64,000 bases of DNA from Capsulimonadales bacterium (GTDB lineage: Bacteria; Armatimonadota; Armatimonadia; Armatimonadales; Armatimonadaceae). The DNA is taken from assembly GCA_033762295.1 (NCBI GenBank), contig JANRLW010000043.1:92715-156714 (forward strand), read 5' to 3'. The notes below the pieces were generated by a model. The model saw only the letters and a list, made by a program, of their open reading frames with translations. It was not told the origin of the DNA and did no database searches. Below, one piece after another: positions 60,676-64,000 of the stretch. The stretch's first letter is position 1. The number at the start of each line of letters is the position of its first letter. The translations under genes and the position numbers were made by a program.

Positions 60676-61452
60676 ATGAGGCTGACGGACGAGCAGGTGA
60701 GTGCCTTTGACGAGCAGGGGGTGGTCACGGTCGACACGCCACTGACGGAGCAGGAGATTGCCGATGCCTGCGCGGCGATGGACCGACTACTGCCGTTCGA
60801 CGGCAGGAATCCGCGTCCGAGTCGGACCTGCGACTATTTCGACCCGGCTCTGGTCGACCTGTTGCAGCATCCGTTTTTCGAGGAGGTCGCCCGGCAGGTC
60901 CTTCGGGCGGACCGGGTGTTCTTCTTTCAGACGGCGATTTTGAATGCCTATCCGGAGCCGGAAAAACCGTTCGGATTCTGGCAGCACGTCGACCTGCAGT
61001 ACCGTCGTTCCGATTTCGAGTCGACCCCGAGGAACCTCCTTTGCAGTTTCTTTCTCTGGCTGACCGACGTCAATGAACAGCGTGCGCCGATGATGGTTCG
61101 CCCGGGGAGCCATCTTCTGCTGGCCGACGAAAACGAAAAGGACCAGGATTGGCCCGCCGTGCCGATGGTCGCGCCGGTTCCGGAGGCGAACCTGCCGAAA
61201 CTCCCGTATGCGGACCCGATTCCGCTCGTTGCCCGCGCCGGTCAGGTCAGCGTTCTGACAACGGCGACCGTGCACGGCGCATCGGTCAATGTCGATACCG
61301 AACGTCGGCGCAACTTGGTCCTCACATTTCATGCGGACAGCGTGACCATCGGATTGCCTGCGGGGGAGGAACAGCAGAAGCGCGATTACCATCGCGCCCT
61401 GCGCCCGCTTTTTCGTCCGGAACGGGTCGGAATTCTCCCTGAACCGGAGTGA
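60676..61452 (+). CDS. Phytanoyl-CoA dioxygenase (Fe/2OG) family
   Basis: LTDEQV..FDEQG, HVD, PGSH, VHGA..N...R. Confidence 0.85.
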   Translation: MRLTDEQVSAFDEQGVVTVDTPLTEQEIADACAAMDRLLPFDGRNPRPSRTCDYFDPALVDLLQHPFFEEVARQVLRADRVFFFQTAILNAYPEPEKPFGFWQHVDLQYRRSDFESTPRNLLCSFFLWLTDVNEQRAPMMVRPGSHLLLADENEKDQDWPAVPMVAPVPEANLPKLPYADPIPLVARAGQVSVLTTATVHGASVNVDTERRRNLVLTFHADSVTIGLPAGEEQQKRDYHRALRPLFRPERVGILPEPE

Positions 61453-62165
61453 TACCGTCGGAAAAGATCGGAGGGACACCGATGACGCGAAAAGGTGGGG
61501 CGCTCATTGCCGATCGTGTCGCGGTACCGCTTGCCGGAACGAACGCCGGAGAAAGGGGCCGTCGTCCGACTGAATTTCTCCCGGCTATGTCTCTGGCGCT
61601 CGTGGCTGGCTGGCTCGCCGTCGCCATGCCGTCGTCTCGCGCCGAACCGCCGCAGGAAGTCTCGCTCGGTCTGGCCCACCGGAAGCCGGTCGTCGCCCGA
61701 ATCGAGCGAAAGGCGGTACCTGACGCTCCGGTCGATATCCGAACCATCGCCGTTTCTTTCCGCATCGGTAACGGCGCGCGAGCGGTCCGCACCTCCTCTT
61801 TCGACGTCGGGGAAACCTACCTTCGCGAATTGCGCTTCGGGGCCTATCCGTTTACCGATCGCCATCATCAGCAACTCTTTATCACCGTCACGCTGGGGCG
61901 TGTGCAGACCTTCGTCCTGGCCCCGGCCAACGGCTCGGTACGGAAGCTGTACGCCCGTACGGGGGGACGCGTTGTCGTAAAGGTCCGACGCGCCCGTTCC
62001 GGAACCTGCAACCTTGAGGAACACTGGCCGCGGCAACAGTGGGAGGATTTTGAGGACCTTGGACCGGGGCGTTTCGATCCGGCGACGGGATCCGTTCGAC
62101 GGGTTCTGCGCTGGAACGGGCGGGGGTTCGTTCCTATCGCGCCGGAGCGCCGATCAGGTCGCTGA
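61449..62165 (+). CDS. Hypothetical, probably secreted protein
   Basis: Fills the gap between genes; signal-like segment SLALVAGWLAVA; start uncertain. Confidence 0.45.
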   Translation: MIPSEKIGGTPMTRKGGALIADRVAVPLAGTNAGERGRRPTEFLPAMSLALVAGWLAVAMPSSRAEPPQEVSLGLAHRKPVVARIERKAVPDAPVDIRTIAVSFRIGNGARAVRTSSFDVGETYLRELRFGAYPFTDRHHQQLFITVTLGRVQTFVLAPANGSVRKLYARTGGRVVVKVRRARSGTCNLEEHWPRQQWEDFEDLGPGRFDPATGSVRRVLRWNGRGFVPIAPERRSGR

Positions 62166-63603
62166 CGATCTCACCCGAAATCAGCGACGGGGGGACGCCG
62201 GGACCGGGAACGGTCAACTGGCCGCAGTAGTACAGGTTTGAAACCTTCCGCGGCTTCATCGTCGGCTTGAAGAACGCCGTCTGGTTCAGGGTGTTGGCGA
62301 GACCGTACGCGTTGCCTTTGTACGAGCGGTAGTCGGCGACGAAGTCGTTGTGAGCGTAACTGCGCTTCACCGTGACATGTTCCCGAATCGATTGCCGGGT
62401 GATCCGTTCCAGACGTTCCAGGATCAGATGGTAATAGCGTTCGCGCGTTTCCCCGGTGTCGGTCAGTCCGGGCGCGACCGGCATCAGCAGGAAAAGGTTT
62501 TCGCACCCCTCCGGAGCGACCGACGGATCGGTCTGCGTCGGACAGCAGGCGTAGAACAGGGGTTTCGTCGGCCAGCGAGGCGTGTCGTAGATCTCCCGTG
62601 CGTGCTGTGTCAGACCTTCGTCGAAAAAGAGATTGTGATGGAGCAGACCGGAGAGACGCCGATTGACCCCCAGATAGAAGAGTAGCGAGGATGGAGACAG
62701 CAAACGCCGATTCCAGTAGGTTTCATCGTAGGTTCGATACTCCGGTTCCAGCAAATGCTGTTCGACATGGTGATAGTCCGCTCCGGCCACGACGACGTCC
62801 GCCGGGTAATCCGTTTCCGCCGTGCGAACCGTGACCGCTTTCCCGTTGCGAACAACGATTCGGAGCGCCTCGGCCCCGGTGACGAACCGGACTCCCAGCG
62901 ACTCCGCGAGAGCGATGATCCCATCGATCACCCGGCGCAGACCGCCCATCGGATACCATGTTCCGCCGACGATATCCGCATAGTTCATCAGGGAGTACAT
63001 CGCCGGTATCTCCTTCGCCGTACCGCCCAGAAACAGCACCGGAAACTCCATGATACGGCGCAGACGGTCGGTTTTGAAGTATCGACGCAGGTGCTGATCC
63101 ATCGACTGCACCATCTGCAGGCGAGCGGATTCGTAGACGATCCGGGCATCCGCGAACTCGGTGAGCGACAGCGAGGGACGCCGAACATAGTCGTTCATGC
63201 CCACACGGTATTTGAACTCGGCCTGGTCCAGGAAGGTGCGCAGCGTGGTGCCCGCGCCCGGCTCCAGCGTTTCGAAAAGGGCGCGCAGTTCCGTGCGTGA
63301 GGCGGGCAGATCGACGACGTCCTCCGCGCCGAAAAGGACCCGATACGACGGATCGAGACGAACGAGGTCGTAGTAATCCGACGGTTTCCGGTCGAACCGG
63401 GCAAAAAACGCCTCGAAGACATCGGGCATCCAGTACCAGGACGGCCCCATATCGAACGTGAAACCGTCGGTCTGCCAGACTCGGGCGCGACCGCCAAGTT
63501 GGTCATTCTTTTCGAGTACGGTCACCGACCAACCGGACTTCGCCAGGCCGCAGGCCGCCGCCAGTCCGGCGAACCCGGAACCGATCACCACCGCATCAGT
63601 CAT
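62134..63603 (-). CDS. crtI: Phytoene desaturase family
   Basis: IGSGFAGL, GGRA, FDMGPSWYWMP, YPMGG, GNAYG, TVPGPGVPP. Confidence 0.9.
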   Translation of the reverse strand: MTDAVVIGSGFAGLAAACGLAKSGWSVTVLEKNDQLGGRARVWQTDGFTFDMGPSWYWMPDVFEAFFARFDRKPSDYYDLVRLDPSYRVLFGAEDVVDLPASRTELRALFETLEPGAGTTLRTFLDQAEFKYRVGMNDYVRRPSLSLTEFADARIVYESARLQMVQSMDQHLRRYFKTDRLRRIMEFPVLFLGGTAKEIPAMYSLMNYADIVGGTWYPMGGLRRVIDGIIALAESLGVRFVTGAEALRIVVRNGKAVTVRTAETDYPADVVVAGADYHHVEQHLLEPEYRTYDETYWNRRLLSPSSLLFYLGVNRRLSGLLHHNLFFDEGLTQHAREIYDTPRWPTKPLFYACCPTQTDPSVAPEGCENLFLLMPVAPGLTDTGETRERYYHLILERLERITRQSIREHVTVKRSYAHNDFVADYRSYKGNAYGLANTLNQTAFFKPTMKPRKVSNLYYCGQLTVPGPGVPPSLISGEIVSDLIGAPAR

Positions 63604-63726
63604 GTCGCTTTTAACCCTCGACGGTTGTACCTGATTCCCGAAAATTCGCGAAATATGCGCCTCCGGACGAGCAACTTTTGCATGGTACAATGGCGTAGAA
63701 GGGACGGTAGAACGGAACCTCCGAAG

Positions 63727-64000
63727 ATGAACCCATTATTCAATCGCCTGGTCTTTATCCTCTCCTTGATCGGTCTCTTCGTCGCCGGGTACCTCTGGTA
63801 TATGCATGCCAACCCGCAGGACATTCCCTGCGGCGGTTCGCATGGCTGCGCGGATGTCGCCAACAGCAAGTACTCCCAGTTCCCCTGGGGCATCGGTCCT
63901 CCGGTCGCGGCTTGCAGTACGAAGGCTCCCTCCGCCCTGCCCCCTTCCGACAGCCGCCCTCCCTCATGCTCTTCGACATCGCCTTCGCCGCCGATAGCGA
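63727..64000 (+). CDS. Vitamin K epoxide reductase (VKOR) family N-terminus, partial
   Basis: Manual translation MNPLFNRLVFILSLIGLFVAGYLW...IPCGGSHGCADVANSKYS...PVAA; similarity is lost after ~63913. Confidence 0.65.
   Translation, partial: MNPLFNRLVFILSLIGLFVAGYLWYMHANPQDIPCGGSHGCADVANSKYSQFPWGIGPPVAACSTKAPSALPPSDSRPPSCSSTSPSPPIA

Overview
GC-rich bacterial chromosomal window. It is probably Armatimonadota, inferred from two DUF1559/H-X9-DG prepilin-like proteins and an APEP-type PEP-CTERM protein. Most of the window is ordinary. It encodes a multi-PAS/GAF hybrid kinase plus HD-GYP regulator, a sugar-catabolism cluster (GH4, Gfo/Idh/MocA, GH2-GNAT fusion, dgoD), alkaline phosphatase, malic enzyme, lpdA, a PEP-CTERM/DUF4331/TPR/HupE-UreJ/DUF1559 cluster, nitrite/sulfite reductase, cdaA-cdaR-glmM-coaX, UPF0182, a TonB-like protein, HtrA, BON lipoproteins and crtI. 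The standout is a ~8.6 kb accessory island (~21550-30130) of co-oriented polymorphic-toxin cassettes with no parent toxin gene in the window. Six near-identical fragments of a pre-toxin HINT coding sequence punctuate AT-richer DNA. That DNA carries three intact toxin C-termini (a deaminase and two I cannot assign), two toxin remnants (one RNase Sa-like, next to barstar), about ten immunity-like ORFs and an IS1 remnant. One putative immunity protein resembles EF-G domain IV. All family calls are from motif recognition by eye; no searches were run.
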